A stretch of DNA of 64,000 nucleotides from Fimbriimonadia bacterium (GCA_041483895.1 JBGPGO010000008.1:123195-187194), one strand, 5' to 3'; counted from the first letter of the stretch, positions 9,011-19,194 are shown. Notes: a model not told the origin generated them from the sequence alone. Made by a program: numbers and translations.

Positions 9011-9766
9011 ATTCCTGGTATCACCCGGAAAACCGAATCGCCCCCAATCGGATACCTCGGCCCAGGCGCCCTCCCACCGCTCGTTGTCCAATGCGACGAT
9101 TTTGATGGCCCTCTCGAGAAGCTGATTCACCTGGTCCGCGAATGCCGTGTAGAGCTCGCCGGCATCCCCCTCGCCCCGATTTGCGAAGATTACATCGCGT
9201 ATTTGCGCGAGACGGCCTGCGGTGAGATCGATTCCGCCGCCGCCTGCATGTTCGGGCTGGCGTACCTCGTCGAGCGCAAGGCATGGGGAATGATGCCGGG
9301 GGAAGATGCGCCGGATGACCCGGTCGAACTGGACGCAATTGTCCCCGAGACAGCGCTGTTTTCCACCGCCGTGGATCAACTGGCTTTGTGGAAAGAGGAG
9401 CGCGATTCGATGTTCTTCCGGCAGCAGGCCAAATGGGATGGCCAATACGAGCTGCCCTTCGATTTGTCGAAACTGTCGCTTCAGCAGTTGGCGACCGCCT
9501 TCCGAAAGGTGCTGGAGCGCGCCAAACCCGACGAGTTTGAACACGTCCCGGGGCGGCCGCTGATCTCGATGACGGACATGATCAGGAGGCTGGGAGCCTT
9601 CTTGGTCGGGACTGCGACAACACGATTTGACGATCTGCTGCCGGAAGAATTCACGAGGCTGGACGTGGTTTGGACCTTCCTTGCCATACTGGAGATGGTC
9701 CGGCTGGCAATCTGCTTTGTCACCATCAAGGAGGAAACGATCTGGATACAGAACGCAGCGAACTAG
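9011..9766 (+). CDS. scpA: Segregation and condensation protein A (proposed ATT start)
   Basis: FDGPLEKLIHLVR...LAPICEDYIAYL lies upstream of the track's TTG 9203; C-terminal WTFLAILEMVR; precedes scpB. Start position is inferred. Confidence 0.85.
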   Translation: MPGITRKTESPPIGYLGPGALPPLVVQCDDFDGPLEKLIHLVRECRVELAGIPLAPICEDYIAYLRETACGEIDSAAACMFGLAYLVERKAWGMMPGEDAPDDPVELDAIVPETALFSTAVDQLALWKEERDSMFFRQQAKWDGQYELPFDLSKLSLQQLATAFRKVLERAKPDEFEHVPGRPLISMTDMIRRLGAFLVGTATTRFDDLLPEEFTRLDVVWTFLAILEMVRLAICFVTIKEETIWIQNAAN

Positions 9767-10257
9767 TCGATCGGCTGGAGTGTCTGCTGTTTGTCGCGGG
9801 CGAGCCTGTACCGCTCAAGGCTCTCGCGGAGACGTGCGAGGCGCCGGAGGAGGCCGTGGCCGAATGCCTGCGGCTGCTCACGGATTGCAAGGGGCGCGAA
9901 GGCGGTCTGCAGATTGTGGAGATTGCCGGAGGATTCCAGCTTTCAACAAAGCAGCAACATGGCGACCTGATCACCCGGTTCCTGAATCCCCGAAAGCGGC
10001 GGCTGTCCCGCTCAATTCTGGAAACGCTCGCCATCATCGCCTATCGGCAGCCGATCACGATCGCCGAAATCGAAGCCGCGCGCGGAGTCAATTCGGATTA
10101 TTCCGTCCGGACGTTGTCCGACCTGAACCTGATCGAGCACGTCGGCCGGAAAGAGACGGTCGGGAGGCCGATGCTGTACGGCACGACCGTGGATTTCTTG
10201 CACCAGTTCAATCTGCGATCGCTCGAGGAGCTGCCGCCGCTCGAGGTCGTTCAGTGA
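9742..10257 (+). CDS. scpB: Segregation and condensation protein B (start CTG 9742 or TTG 9670)
   Basis: LECLLFVAGEP, LETLAIIAYRQPIT..EIEAARGV, GRPMLYGTT..FL..FNL.SL.ELP. Confidence 0.93.
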   Translation: MDTERSELVDRLECLLFVAGEPVPLKALAETCEAPEEAVAECLRLLTDCKGREGGLQIVEIAGGFQLSTKQQHGDLITRFLNPRKRRLSRSILETLAIIAYRQPITIAEIEAARGVNSDYSVRTLSDLNLIEHVGRKETVGRPMLYGTTVDFLHQFNLRSLEELPPLEVVQ

Positions 10258-11408
10258 AGCTTTGGATCGTTCTCGCGCTGGCCGGCCTTGCATCGTTGGC
10301 GCTCGCATCCGAATTGCCGATCCAGTCCAAGTCGTTTATCGCCGTTGATGCGGAATCCGGCGCTGTGCTGTTTCAAAAGGATGCTCATGTTCGGCGTCCC
10401 CCGGCTTCCTGTACCAAGATCATGACGGCGCTCCTGCTGCTGGAGAACGGCGGCTTGGACGAGGTGGTGAAAGTTCAGGAAGATCAGACGCTGCCCGGCG
10501 AAAGCTCGATGGGACTGCTTCCGGGGGAGCAGATCAAAGTCTGGGACCTGCTCTACGCCATCCTCCTCCGATCCGCGAACGATGCCTGCGTGATTGCGGC
10601 GGTCCATGTCTCCGGAACTGTCGACAAATTCGTCGAACTGATGAACAGGCGCGCGAAGGAGCTTGGCGCCAACGATACGAATTTTGTGAACCCTCATGGT
10701 CTGCACGACCCGCAGCACTTCACCACCGCCTATGACTTGGCTTTGATCGCCGAGGAGGCAATGAAGTCCCCCACGTTTCGCGAAATCGTCGGGACATATA
10801 AACACAAAATAGACCGGAGCCTCAACAAAGACGATCTATGGATGGTGAACCACGACAAAATGCTGGCGAAAGGGACCATCGTGGACGGCATCAAAACCGG
10901 CTACACGATCCCGGCGGGAAAGTGCTTCGTGGGGTCCGCGGCAGGTCCGACCTTCCGGGTGATCACCGTGGTCCTCGATAGCAAGGATTGGCAAGTGGAT
11001 ACGCAATCGCTGGTCAAGTCCTCGTTCGACCGATTTGAGCGCAGAGAGATCCTTCCTTCGCGGCATGAATGCGGCAGGGCAGAGGTCCGCGGCGGGACAA
11101 TGGACCGCGTCGCCGCGATTACGGCAGAGCCGCTCATGGAGCTGCTTCCAAAATCCGGCGCCGGCGAACCGCAGATCGAAGTAACGGTCAAGCCGGTCCA
11201 GGCTCCTGTCGCGGCCGGGGACAATGTCGGAGTGTTGCGGCTGGAACGAAATGGGAAGCTGATTCGCGAAGTCCCGTTGGTGGCGTCGGCATCCGTCCCG
11301 GCCGTGGAGGCTGCGGCGTCGGCAGTCGGTTGGCAGTTCTGGGTGGTGTCGTGCGTGATTGGGATGGCCGCCTTACGATGGCTGCGCCGCGGGCATGCCA
11401 GTGCCTGA
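10254..11408 (+). CDS. D-alanyl-D-alanine carboxypeptidase (peptidase S11)
   Basis: SCTK (SxxK), SAN (SxN), NPHGL, KTG; signal peptide and C-terminal anchor; GTGA overlap with the scpB stop. Confidence 0.93.
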   Translation: MKLWIVLALAGLASLALASELPIQSKSFIAVDAESGAVLFQKDAHVRRPPASCTKIMTALLLLENGGLDEVVKVQEDQTLPGESSMGLLPGEQIKVWDLLYAILLRSANDACVIAAVHVSGTVDKFVELMNRRAKELGANDTNFVNPHGLHDPQHFTTAYDLALIAEEAMKSPTFREIVGTYKHKIDRSLNKDDLWMVNHDKMLAKGTIVDGIKTGYTIPAGKCFVGSAAGPTFRVITVVLDSKDWQVDTQSLVKSSFDRFERREILPSRHECGRAEVRGGTMDRVAAITAEPLMELLPKSGAGEPQIEVTVKPVQAPVAAGDNVGVLRLERNGKLIREVPLVASASVPAVEAAASAVGWQFWVVSCVIGMAALRWLRRGHASA

Positions 11409-12126
11409 ACGCCTGCAGAAGCTCCTTGCCTTCGCCGGGTATGGATCCCGTCGAAAATGCGAACTCCTGATGCTCGAGGGCCGGGTGACGGTCAACGGCG
11501 CCATCATCACAGAGCTCGGGACGAAAGCGGATATCGACGAGGACGCGATTGCCGTTGACGGCAAGCGGTTGCAAGCCCCAAAACTGGTGTATGTATTGAT
11601 GAACAAGCCGGTTGGAGTTGTAACGACGATGTCCGATCCGCGCGCCGGAAAGACCGTTGCGGATCTGTTGCCGAGACTGCCCGCGCAGGTTCATCCGGTC
11701 GGCAGATTGGACCGGGACACGGAGGGCGCGCTACTGCTGACGAACGACGGCCAACTGACGAACCGACTGACACATCCCCGCTATGGCGTAGAAAAAACCT
11801 ATCGCGTGGTTATCGATTGCGCCCCGTCCGCGAAGGAGATTGAGAAGTTGGAGAATGGGGTCAAGCTCGTGGACGGAAGAACCGCGCCGGCCCGCGCCAG
11901 ATTGCTGGGCATTGATGGGCAAACAGGCCATGCGACAGTGGAACTTACCATCCACGAGGGAAGAAATCGGCAGGTGCGCCGCATGTTGGAAGCGGTGGGG
12001 CACAAGGTGATCGGCTTGCGTCGAACGGCGTTCGGCGGCCTGACAAGCTACAAGCTGCCAAAGGGGGCGTGCCGATTGCTGTCCCGCCAAGAGGTCGCAA
12101 AGCTGAAAAAGCACGTCGGATTATGA
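11395..12126 (+). CDS. rluB: rRNA pseudouridine synthase (RluB/RsuA family)
   Basis: S4 domain ERLQKLLA..G.GSRR; VGRLDRDTEG; EGRNRQVRRM; usual scpAB neighbour. Confidence 0.9.
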   Translation: MPVPERLQKLLAFAGYGSRRKCELLMLEGRVTVNGAIITELGTKADIDEDAIAVDGKRLQAPKLVYVLMNKPVGVVTTMSDPRAGKTVADLLPRLPAQVHPVGRLDRDTEGALLLTNDGQLTNRLTHPRYGVEKTYRVVIDCAPSAKEIEKLENGVKLVDGRTAPARARLLGIDGQTGHATVELTIHEGRNRQVRRMLEAVGHKVIGLRRTAFGGLTSYKLPKGACRLLSRQEVAKLKKHVGL

Positions 12127-13595
12127 AGAGGCCGGGTCTGTGGCTGCCGCTGCTTTCCGCGGTGCTGTTGTGGTCCGCATTTCCGCCCATCAACTTTGGC
12201 TGGAGCGCGTACATTGCTTTCGTTCCATTGCTACTGTCTCTTCGGCAAGGGGGATTTTGGCGGGGCTGGCGGCGCGGGATCTGGTTCGGGTTTGCGTTTT
12301 TCCTCCTCAATTTGGTCTGGCTGTGGCAGTTCGTCGCGGGTTGGACCGAGTCCTATGCGTTGGCTGCCATTCCATGGGCTTTGCTCAGCTTCATCGAGGG
12401 CCTTTACCTATCTCTGTTTGGCGGGATCGTGTCGCTGTGCAGCGGCAAATGGCGGTGGGGACTGCTGACGGCGCCGGTCGTCTGGCCCTCGGTGGAGCAC
12501 TTCCGTTCGACGTGGCCTGCCGGCGGATTTGCCTGGACCCAGCTCAGCTACTCTCAGTGGGAGCATCCGCTGTTGGTGCAGCCGGCGGTTTGGGCGGGCA
12601 CTCATTTTGTGGCGTTCATCATCGTCGCGGTCAACGTGGCGATTGCTCTGTCAATCGCTGAACGCGAGGATACGCCGAAAGGCTTTCGGCTAACTCCCAC
12701 AATCGGGATCGCCGCCGGATATGCGATTATTCTTCTCTTCTCTCTGCTGCGCTTCATCGGGCCGCAAGATGAGAAGACCTTCATCGTTATGGCCGCACAG
12801 CCGAGCCTGAAGGTCATCACGGAGAACGATTCCGATTGGTATCCGGAGTTCTTGCCCTTCCGGGAGAAGGTCCTCTCGCAGGCGCAGGCGATCGGGGCCA
12901 AGCTGGTCGTGTTTCCGGAAGGGTATCAGCTCGGCATGCCGATGCATCCCGAACTGGCAAGGTCAGCGTACGTCGCAAGTGGTCAAAGACCGGGACGCGA
13001 CGGGATGTACGAGACCGCCTTCGGCATCACACCGGGGCAGAATGCCTACACGATGCGGGACAAGGTGCGCCTCGTGGTTTTCGGAGAATATGTGCCGTGC
13101 CGCGGGAATCAGATGGTGGAGGCCTTCAAGATTCCGGGCGGCGACGTAAAGGCCGGGGACTATTCACCGCCTCTACGGGTGGGGGAACTGTCGGTTGGGG
13201 TAGCCATTTGCTTCGAGAGCGTATTCGGCGAAGTGCTGCGGGAGCAGGCGGAACAGGGCGTGGACCTGCTCGCCGTCATGTCGATCGACGATTGGTACCC
13301 GCTTTCCGGAATGGAGCAGCACGCCGCGGCCAGCGTGGTGCGGGCGGTCGAAAACAACAAACCCCTCGTCCGATCCGGCTCTTCCGGGATCACGATGATC
13401 GTGGATCGATTGGGCCGGATCATCGAGCGGCTTCCTATCAAAGAGCAGAGCACGATTGCGGCCAGGGTCGGCACAACGGATTCCCGCCCGGCGCTCATGA
13501 CGAAATGGTTTCCGTGGATATGCCACTTATTCGTGCTGGCCGGCATTGTTATTGTTATAATGGGTGGTAGGCGGACGCTTGTGTCATCCAACTGA
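12123..13595 (+). CDS. lnt: Apolipoprotein N-acyltransferase
   Basis: TM N-half; VFPE, K..LVVFGEYVP, ICFES (nitrilase-fold E-K-C triad); RAVEN. Confidence 0.92.
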   Translation: MKRPGLWLPLLSAVLLWSAFPPINFGWSAYIAFVPLLLSLRQGGFWRGWRRGIWFGFAFFLLNLVWLWQFVAGWTESYALAAIPWALLSFIEGLYLSLFGGIVSLCSGKWRWGLLTAPVVWPSVEHFRSTWPAGGFAWTQLSYSQWEHPLLVQPAVWAGTHFVAFIIVAVNVAIALSIAEREDTPKGFRLTPTIGIAAGYAIILLFSLLRFIGPQDEKTFIVMAAQPSLKVITENDSDWYPEFLPFREKVLSQAQAIGAKLVVFPEGYQLGMPMHPELARSAYVASGQRPGRDGMYETAFGITPGQNAYTMRDKVRLVVFGEYVPCRGNQMVEAFKIPGGDVKAGDYSPPLRVGELSVGVAICFESVFGEVLREQAEQGVDLLAVMSIDDWYPLSGMEQHAAASVVRAVENNKPLVRSGSSGITMIVDRLGRIIERLPIKEQSTIAARVGTTDSRPALMTKWFPWICHLFVLAGIVIVIMGGRRTLVSSN

Positions 13596-13621
13596 TTGTC
13601 TTGCAGGGAGGAGAGATACGT

Positions 13622-14593
13622 ATGAGATGCGCTATCGCATGCGTGGCATTGCTTCTGTTCGGCGCCGCCCAGGCAGTACCGAACTGGGACCTGAGCAATA
13701 CCACTTGGCAATTGAATTACAAATATACCTACTCGTCGGATCCGGACGGGGAATATGGCGGCGTCGGCGGGTTTACGGGAGCGGAGCTCTCGTTCGGTTC
13801 CCAGGACGCGGCGGGGAATGTGGCCGTGAAGATGCGTATTCCGCTGGCACAGTTCGCGGACGACTGCGCAACGACGGTAAACGCCGAACTGAAGGGTGTT
13901 GTGAACGGGGATACGGTCAGCATCTATCCCGTTTCATCGTCCACCAGTTACGGGTTTTTCCTCTCGTGCACGGACCCCTCCTGTTTTGCCGGTGGCCATG
14001 CGATGGATGTAACCCTTGCCATCAGCCTGCATCTGGGAGCAAACGGGCTCATCGATTCCGGTACCGGCACGATCCACGACAATCTAGATCTGACATCGTT
14101 TACATGCGGGATCAATTGGCCAACCGGATATCAGTTCGATCTCGACTCGTTTTCCGGGACCGGTGGTCCCGCGAAACGGAAGGTGAGTCTTTCCGGAAAG
14201 ACGACACTCGACAACTTCGCCGGCAATCCCGCCACCCGTCCGTTGACGCTTGACCTCACGGGCCCAACGAATCAGACCATCGGCCTGGCCATGGATTCGG
14301 GCGGCAACTGGTCGACACAAACGGCTTTGGCGCCCGGCAGCTACACGCTGTTGTTCGGTGTGGACTATTATCTCCGCGGGAAGCTGGACCGGAACATAAC
14401 GGGCAACAGTTCGGGGCTGGATGTGGACCTGCTTGGGGGCGATGCCGCTCCGAACAACGCCGTCGATGTCCACGATCTCACAGAAATCTTCATTCACTAC
14501 GCCGAGTCGTCGCCCGATGTCGATGGGAATGGAATCGTGGACCTCAAGGACCTGAATATTGTGTTCGGCAACTTTGGCCTGCAAGGCGACTAG
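13622..14593 (+). CDS. Secreted protein with C-terminal dockerin/EF-hand-like module
   Basis: Signal peptide; tail GGDAAPNNAVDVHD...DVDGNGIVDLKDLNIVFGNFGLQGD. Confidence 0.8.
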   Translation: MRCAIACVALLLFGAAQAVPNWDLSNTTWQLNYKYTYSSDPDGEYGGVGGFTGAELSFGSQDAAGNVAVKMRIPLAQFADDCATTVNAELKGVVNGDTVSIYPVSSSTSYGFFLSCTDPSCFAGGHAMDVTLAISLHLGANGLIDSGTGTIHDNLDLTSFTCGINWPTGYQFDLDSFSGTGGPAKRKVSLSGKTTLDNFAGNPATRPLTLDLTGPTNQTIGLAMDSGGNWSTQTALAPGSYTLLFGVDYYLRGKLDRNITGNSSGLDVDLLGGDAAPNNAVDVHDLTEIFIHYAESSPDVDGNGIVDLKDLNIVFGNFGLQGD

Positions 14594-14701
14594 GGTTTCG
14601 GTGCGGCCGGAACCGCGCGAAGGCATTTGGGCGTCCAACAATGGAAGAGGCGCGCGGTCGGCAGGGTATGATTTTGGCGGGCCCCGCTGGTGGAGAGTGT
14701 T

Positions 14702-16144
14702 ATGCGCCAACTAATCAATCTTCTTTTGTTGTTCGCCGCAGTCTCGGTTTTGGCCCAGGGACCCACGCCGGAGTCCCGGCTGAAGCTGCAAGCTGCCGTC
14801 GCGCAGTATAAGGCCGGAAAGGTCGCCGAAGCGCTGGCGGCCGTTGAAGCGCTCGCCAAACAGACTCCGGACGACGTACAGGCTCTGAATTGGTACGGCT
14901 TCCTTCTCCTGCGGTCCGGACGGTCCCAAGATGCGATCAGTCCTTTGACCAAGGCGGCTTCGATGGAACCTGGCAACGCCGATGTTCACAACAATCTAGG
15001 CAATGCCTATCTCCAGACGGAGCAGTTGGAAAAGGCTCTCGCCGAATATCAAGCGGCAACCAAACTGAATCCCGACCACGCGGATGCCTGGTACAACCTT
15101 GGCAACACCCAAGTCAAGTTGAAGAAATACCCGGACGCGATTGTCGCGCTACAGAGGGCCGCCACGCTGAAGCCGAAGGACCCGTACGTTTACAACAACA
15201 TCGGCTACGCGATGCAACAGATGGGCCGGACGGGGGACGCAGCTACGAATTTCAAGCGGGCCTCCGACCTCTCTCCTGCAAACTTTTCTTTCGCTTTGAA
15301 CGCCGGGCTGGTTTTCTCGCAACTGAGGCAATGGGATGATGCGGCCACCTACCTGGAGCGGGCGACGAAACTGAATGGCAACGATTACAACGCGCTCGCA
15401 ACCCTGGGGCAGTGCTATGTGAAGCTTGGTAAGCGCGACCAGGCGGTAGCAGCGTTTGGGGCCGCCGAGCGTCTCAAGCCGGACGAGATCCTGCCGCACT
15501 ACAATCTCGGCGTGCTCTATGGCGAGCAGAAGGATTGGAAGCGGGCGGAGCAGGAGTACAAAAACGCCCTTGAGTTGAAGGACGACGATTTCGACACCCT
15601 CGGCAACTATGGGTTGGTGTTGATCCAGCTCAATCGCAATGACGAGGCGGAAAAGATTTTCGAGCGGCTCGTGGGTCTGAACCCCGCCAGCATGGATGCT
15701 CGGATCAACCTTGCGGCTTGCAAGATGAAGACCGGGCAGATTTCCGAGGCAATCAAGCTGTGGCGCGCCGTGCTTATCGAGGAGCCGAATCGCGCGGACG
15801 TGCGGTTGGCGCTTGCGAACGCCTTGTACGTTCAAAAGGACTATGCCCAGGCGGGGAAGGAATACCGAACAGTGCTGCAGGCCAAAGCGAATTCCGCTGC
15901 CGCCCACAACGGCCTGGGTCTGATTCTATATCAGGATATGAAGATGGACCTGGCGCTGAAGGAATTCGACACGGCGGCCCGGCTGGATCCCAAGCTGGCG
16001 GACGCCCAGAACAACATGGGAGTGGTTTTGGAGCGACTGGGGAAGAAGGCGGCGGCGATGGAGGCGTACAAGAAGGCCCTCGCGATCCGCCCCGACTATC
16101 CGCAAGCGAAGGCGAACCTGGAACGGCTAAAATCCATTCCGTGA
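14702..16144 (+). CDS. Secreted tetratricopeptide repeat protein
   Basis: Tandem TPRs (HNNLGNAY, WYNLGN, YNNIGYA...); signal peptide. Confidence 0.92.
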   Translation: MRQLINLLLLFAAVSVLAQGPTPESRLKLQAAVAQYKAGKVAEALAAVEALAKQTPDDVQALNWYGFLLLRSGRSQDAISPLTKAASMEPGNADVHNNLGNAYLQTEQLEKALAEYQAATKLNPDHADAWYNLGNTQVKLKKYPDAIVALQRAATLKPKDPYVYNNIGYAMQQMGRTGDAATNFKRASDLSPANFSFALNAGLVFSQLRQWDDAATYLERATKLNGNDYNALATLGQCYVKLGKRDQAVAAFGAAERLKPDEILPHYNLGVLYGEQKDWKRAEQEYKNALELKDDDFDTLGNYGLVLIQLNRNDEAEKIFERLVGLNPASMDARINLAACKMKTGQISEAIKLWRAVLIEEPNRADVRLALANALYVQKDYAQAGKEYRTVLQAKANSAAAHNGLGLILYQDMKMDLALKEFDTAARLDPKLADAQNNMGVVLERLGKKAAAMEAYKKALAIRPDYPQAKANLERLKSIP

Positions 16145-16962
16145 AATTGGCCCAAATCTTCATCAACCCAAAGAAACCCGATGCGGACTCGATCGCAGCG
16201 AGCGCCGGCGACCAGCTTCGGGACGGCGGGTTTCAGGTCTCTTTCGAGACGGATATTCCGCACGAGAAGCTAGGCAAGGCGGACCTGATTCTGACGTTCG
16301 GGGGAGATGGCTCAGTGCTGCGGGCGGTCGGGTTTGCCGCGCCGCATGGATCGCCGGTGATGGGAATTCATTTGGGCAGGTTCGGATTCCTGACCTGCTG
16401 CCAGCCATCGGACATGCCGGATATGCTGGGCCGGGTGATTCAGGGAGACTTTCATGTGGACGACCGGATGATGGTTCGCGCGTCGGTGGTTCGAGGCGGC
16501 AAGGAGTTGCCCCCGGCCCATGGGCTCAACGAGGTGGCGTTGCAGCGCGGCGTTTCGGCGAAGATGATGACGTTTGACATCACGATAGACGACAACTATG
16601 TGACTACTTATCCCGCAGACGGCATACTGATCTCCACGCCCACCGGATCGACCGCATACAACCTGTCCGCTGGCGGGCCGGTCGCGTCTCCCAATCTGGA
16701 GGCGCTGCTGCTGACGCCGATTCTGCCGCATACGTTGGGGGCCCGCCCGATCGTGCTCGCGCCGGAGAGTGTGGTGCGCCTGAAGGTGGGATCGCCGGGC
16801 GAGTCGCTGCTGGTGGCGGATGGGGAGGCGCAGGCGACGCTGGTGCACGACGACGAGATCGTGGTGCGCAGGTCGGAATATGTGGCGAGACTCGTCTTGC
16901 CATCCAAGAACGACTTCTACGACCGCCTGCGCGGCCGTTTGCTCTGGGGGGCTAGGACCTGA
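16141..16962 (+). CDS. nadK: NAD(+) kinase
   Basis: GGDGS, G.LGRFGFL, NE, DGILISTPTGSTAYNLSAGGP; GTGA overlap. Confidence 0.95.
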   Translation: MKLAQIFINPKKPDADSIAASAGDQLRDGGFQVSFETDIPHEKLGKADLILTFGGDGSVLRAVGFAAPHGSPVMGIHLGRFGFLTCCQPSDMPDMLGRVIQGDFHVDDRMMVRASVVRGGKELPPAHGLNEVALQRGVSAKMMTFDITIDDNYVTTYPADGILISTPTGSTAYNLSAGGPVASPNLEALLLTPILPHTLGARPIVLAPESVVRLKVGSPGESLLVADGEAQATLVHDDEIVVRRSEYVARLVLPSKNDFYDRLRGRLLWGART

Positions 16963-17126
16963 TGCGCAATGGAACAAACAATTCGAACAAGCAGCGTCTG
17001 CCGTTGGCTGACCGATTGGAAAAGGGGCTCTTGGAATTATTAGAGTTCGCCCGGGGGGAGCGCGAGTTGCGCACAACGGTTGTGCCGAAGCCCAGCAATC
17101 GGCAACGTCGCCGACGCCGTTCCTGA
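16962..17126 (+). pseudogene. 54-aa ORF resembling the N-terminus of an XRE/HigA-type antitoxin, lacking the HTH
   Basis: TGATG coupling to nadK; LPLADRLEKGLLELLEFARGERELRTTVVP followed by an Arg run and stop. Confidence 0.5.
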
Positions 17127-17128
17127 AC

Positions 17129-17839
17129 CTACCTGATTTCAACCAGCTTTCTGAGGCTCTTTCGTAGTCCAAATACCAGACAGGGAACAGCAATCGTCAG
17201 TGCCGCCGGTTCCGGGACGATCAACAAATAAGACTGGTCCGTGATATCCCTGGTAGAGCTAGCTGAATCCAGCATTGAGGTGGAAAGCCCGTTCGCGGTA
17301 GCGCGACCATCAAGACACCATGGCAGCTTTTCTCCTTCACTTCCGGGCTGAACGGTGAATTGGAAAAGCCGCGCAGTCCAGTGGCTTCCTCGAGGTTGCG
17401 AGTTTTTGATGCCGAGCAGTGTGAAAAGGCCGCGGTTTGCAATCAAATGATACGTCGAATCTGTCGGGTCCAGGTCGTTGTCATAAAGCGGTCCGTCGTC
17501 GGTGTCGTGCACGACGGTGGTCAAGAATTCGCTCGCAGGCCCGCCTATCGAACGGGCGGCTAGTATTTGGTCCGACCAGGAGCTCGAATCCGCTGACCCC
17601 ATCAGGGTTAGCGCATTCAGGCAGAGCGTGATTCTGAGGAGGCCCCACTTAAACGGCTGCTGAGAGTCTAGGGCGTCGAACTGATACCAGATCTCGACGC
17701 TATCTCCGGGCCGCGCTTGCAGGACGCCGGCATTATCCGCGCCGGTTGTAGCGTTGTGCATGTAGAGCCGCACCGTGTAAGAAGAGAAACCGCTAGCCGC
17801 ACTAGAGATCGCGATTAATACTGAGATGGATCGAAGCAC
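17129..17839 (-). CDS. PEP-CTERM protein, array paralog 5
   Basis: Signal peptide; shared domain; IVPEP + TM + basic tail. Confidence 0.88.
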   Translation of the reverse strand: MLRSISVLIAISSAASGFSSYTVRLYMHNATTGADNAGVLQARPGDSVEIWYQFDALDSQQPFKWGLLRITLCLNALTLMGSADSSSWSDQILAARSIGGPASEFLTTVVHDTDDGPLYDNDLDPTDSTYHLIANRGLFTLLGIKNSQPRGSHWTARLFQFTVQPGSEGEKLPWCLDGRATANGLSTSMLDSASSTRDITDQSYLLIVPEPAALTIAVPCLVFGLRKSLRKLVEIR

Positions 17840-18524
17840 TTTTCCGCCTCCTCCCCAACCAATATGTCATGCCAAAACCAAATGCACCAATCGCCGCTGG
17901 TTCTGGGACGACGAGCAAGCATTGATCGGTTATGTTCGGGTTTGTCCCATTGTCAAGCAGAAGGCGGGTAGAGAGGCCCGTGCCGGTATCTCTTCCCGGC
18001 AGGCACCAGCACAACTTTTGCCCGACACTGCCTGGCTGAACCGTGAACTGAAAGAACCGCACCGTCCAGTCTCCTGATCTCGTCTTATTTCCGTTGACCC
18101 CAAGGAGAAAGTACAATCCCCGGTTCGCGATGAGCGGCTTGGTCGTATCAGTTGGGTCAATTGCATTGTCGTGCATCGGGCCATCATCCGTGTCGTGCGT
18201 CACCGTCGACAGGAAATCGCTCGCAGGCCCGCCGTCGGATTTCGAAGCGATGATCTGATCGGACCATGAGCTAGAATCCGAGTCGCTCATCAGCGTGAGG
18301 CCATCCAGGCAGATGGTTACCTGCTGCTGTCCCCACTTTCTTGGAGCTGTCTGAGTGAGGCCTTTGAAGTGGAACCAGATTTCGATCGTGTCTCCTGGCT
18401 TGGCCAACAAGGTGCCGGGGTTATCGGCTCGCGTCGTCGCGTTCTCGAACCACAACCGAGCCTCGTATGCTCCGAACGCCTGCGCGGTGATGAGAGACAA
18501 AAGGAGCGTAATGGTTCTACACAT
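17802..18524 (-). CDS. PEP-CTERM protein, array paralog 4
   Basis: MCRTITLL start; VVPEP + TM + RRRK. Confidence 0.88.
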   Translation of the reverse strand: MCRTITLLLSLITAQAFGAYEARLWFENATTRADNPGTLLAKPGDTIEIWFHFKGLTQTAPRKWGQQQVTICLDGLTLMSDSDSSSWSDQIIASKSDGGPASDFLSTVTHDTDDGPMHDNAIDPTDTTKPLIANRGLYFLLGVNGNKTRSGDWTVRFFQFTVQPGSVGQKLCWCLPGRDTGTGLSTRLLLDNGTNPNITDQCLLVVPEPAAIGAFGFGMTYWLGRRRKSASIHLSINRDL

Positions 18525-19194
18525 CTTTTCTCCTTCGCACGGCGAGCACCGCAAGACAGGCGATTCCTGCCATGATGCTGGGCTCTGGGACGACGACGAG
18601 GGTGTTGTCTGTAATATCTATCGTTGCATTCTTCTGATCGAGAAGCCTCGTGGATAGGCCGGTTCCGGTATTTCGGCCGTCCAGGCACCAATTGAGCGCC
18701 TCGCCTTCACTGCCCGGTTGGACTGTGAACCGAAACAGTTCCGATGTCAAATCCCAACTCTCTCTTACCCCCCAAAGCGCGTACATGCCCCTTGTCCCGA
18801 CCAACGGCGCTGCGGTGTTCTTCGGATCGATGGCGAAGTCGTACATCGGTCCATTTCTCGAATCGTGATAGATGGTCGAAAAAAACCAGGAAGGATGCGC
18901 ACTGGACTTCCGCGCGACTTCCAGTTGGTCAGTCCACGAGTCCGAATCGGTGGCGCTCATGAGCGAAAGGCCATCGAGGCAGAGAGTGATCTGGAGCGTG
19001 CCCCACTTGAACGGATTCTTCGCGTCGAGGGCGTGAAAGTTGAACATGATGGAAACGACATCGCCCGGTGTTGCCGTGACGACTGAGGGTCCCTCAAAGC
19101 CGGTCGTAACGTTGCGGAACCATAGACGGGAACTGTAGGCTCCATGTCCGGCACAGGCTGCGAGCAGGCACCCAATCAAAGCGATCCTACGCAT
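18517..19194 (-). CDS. PEP-CTERM protein, array paralog 3
   Basis: VVPEP + TM + RRRK. Confidence 0.88.
   Translation of the reverse strand: MRRIALIGCLLAACAGHGAYSSRLWFRNVTTGFEGPSVVTATPGDVVSIMFNFHALDAKNPFKWGTLQITLCLDGLSLMSATDSDSWTDQLEVARKSSAHPSWFFSTIYHDSRNGPMYDFAIDPKNTAAPLVGTRGMYALWGVRESWDLTSELFRFTVQPGSEGEALNWCLDGRNTGTGLSTRLLDQKNATIDITDNTLVVVPEPSIMAGIACLAVLAVRRRKDV

Noticed and set aside
9627..10253. N-terminal extension of the 593-aa ORF as a fusion protein
   Set aside because: Alternative frame over scpA/scpB; the real start is the GTG at 10254 followed by a signal peptide. The extensions from 15718, 27906 and 51091 were trimmed for the same reason.
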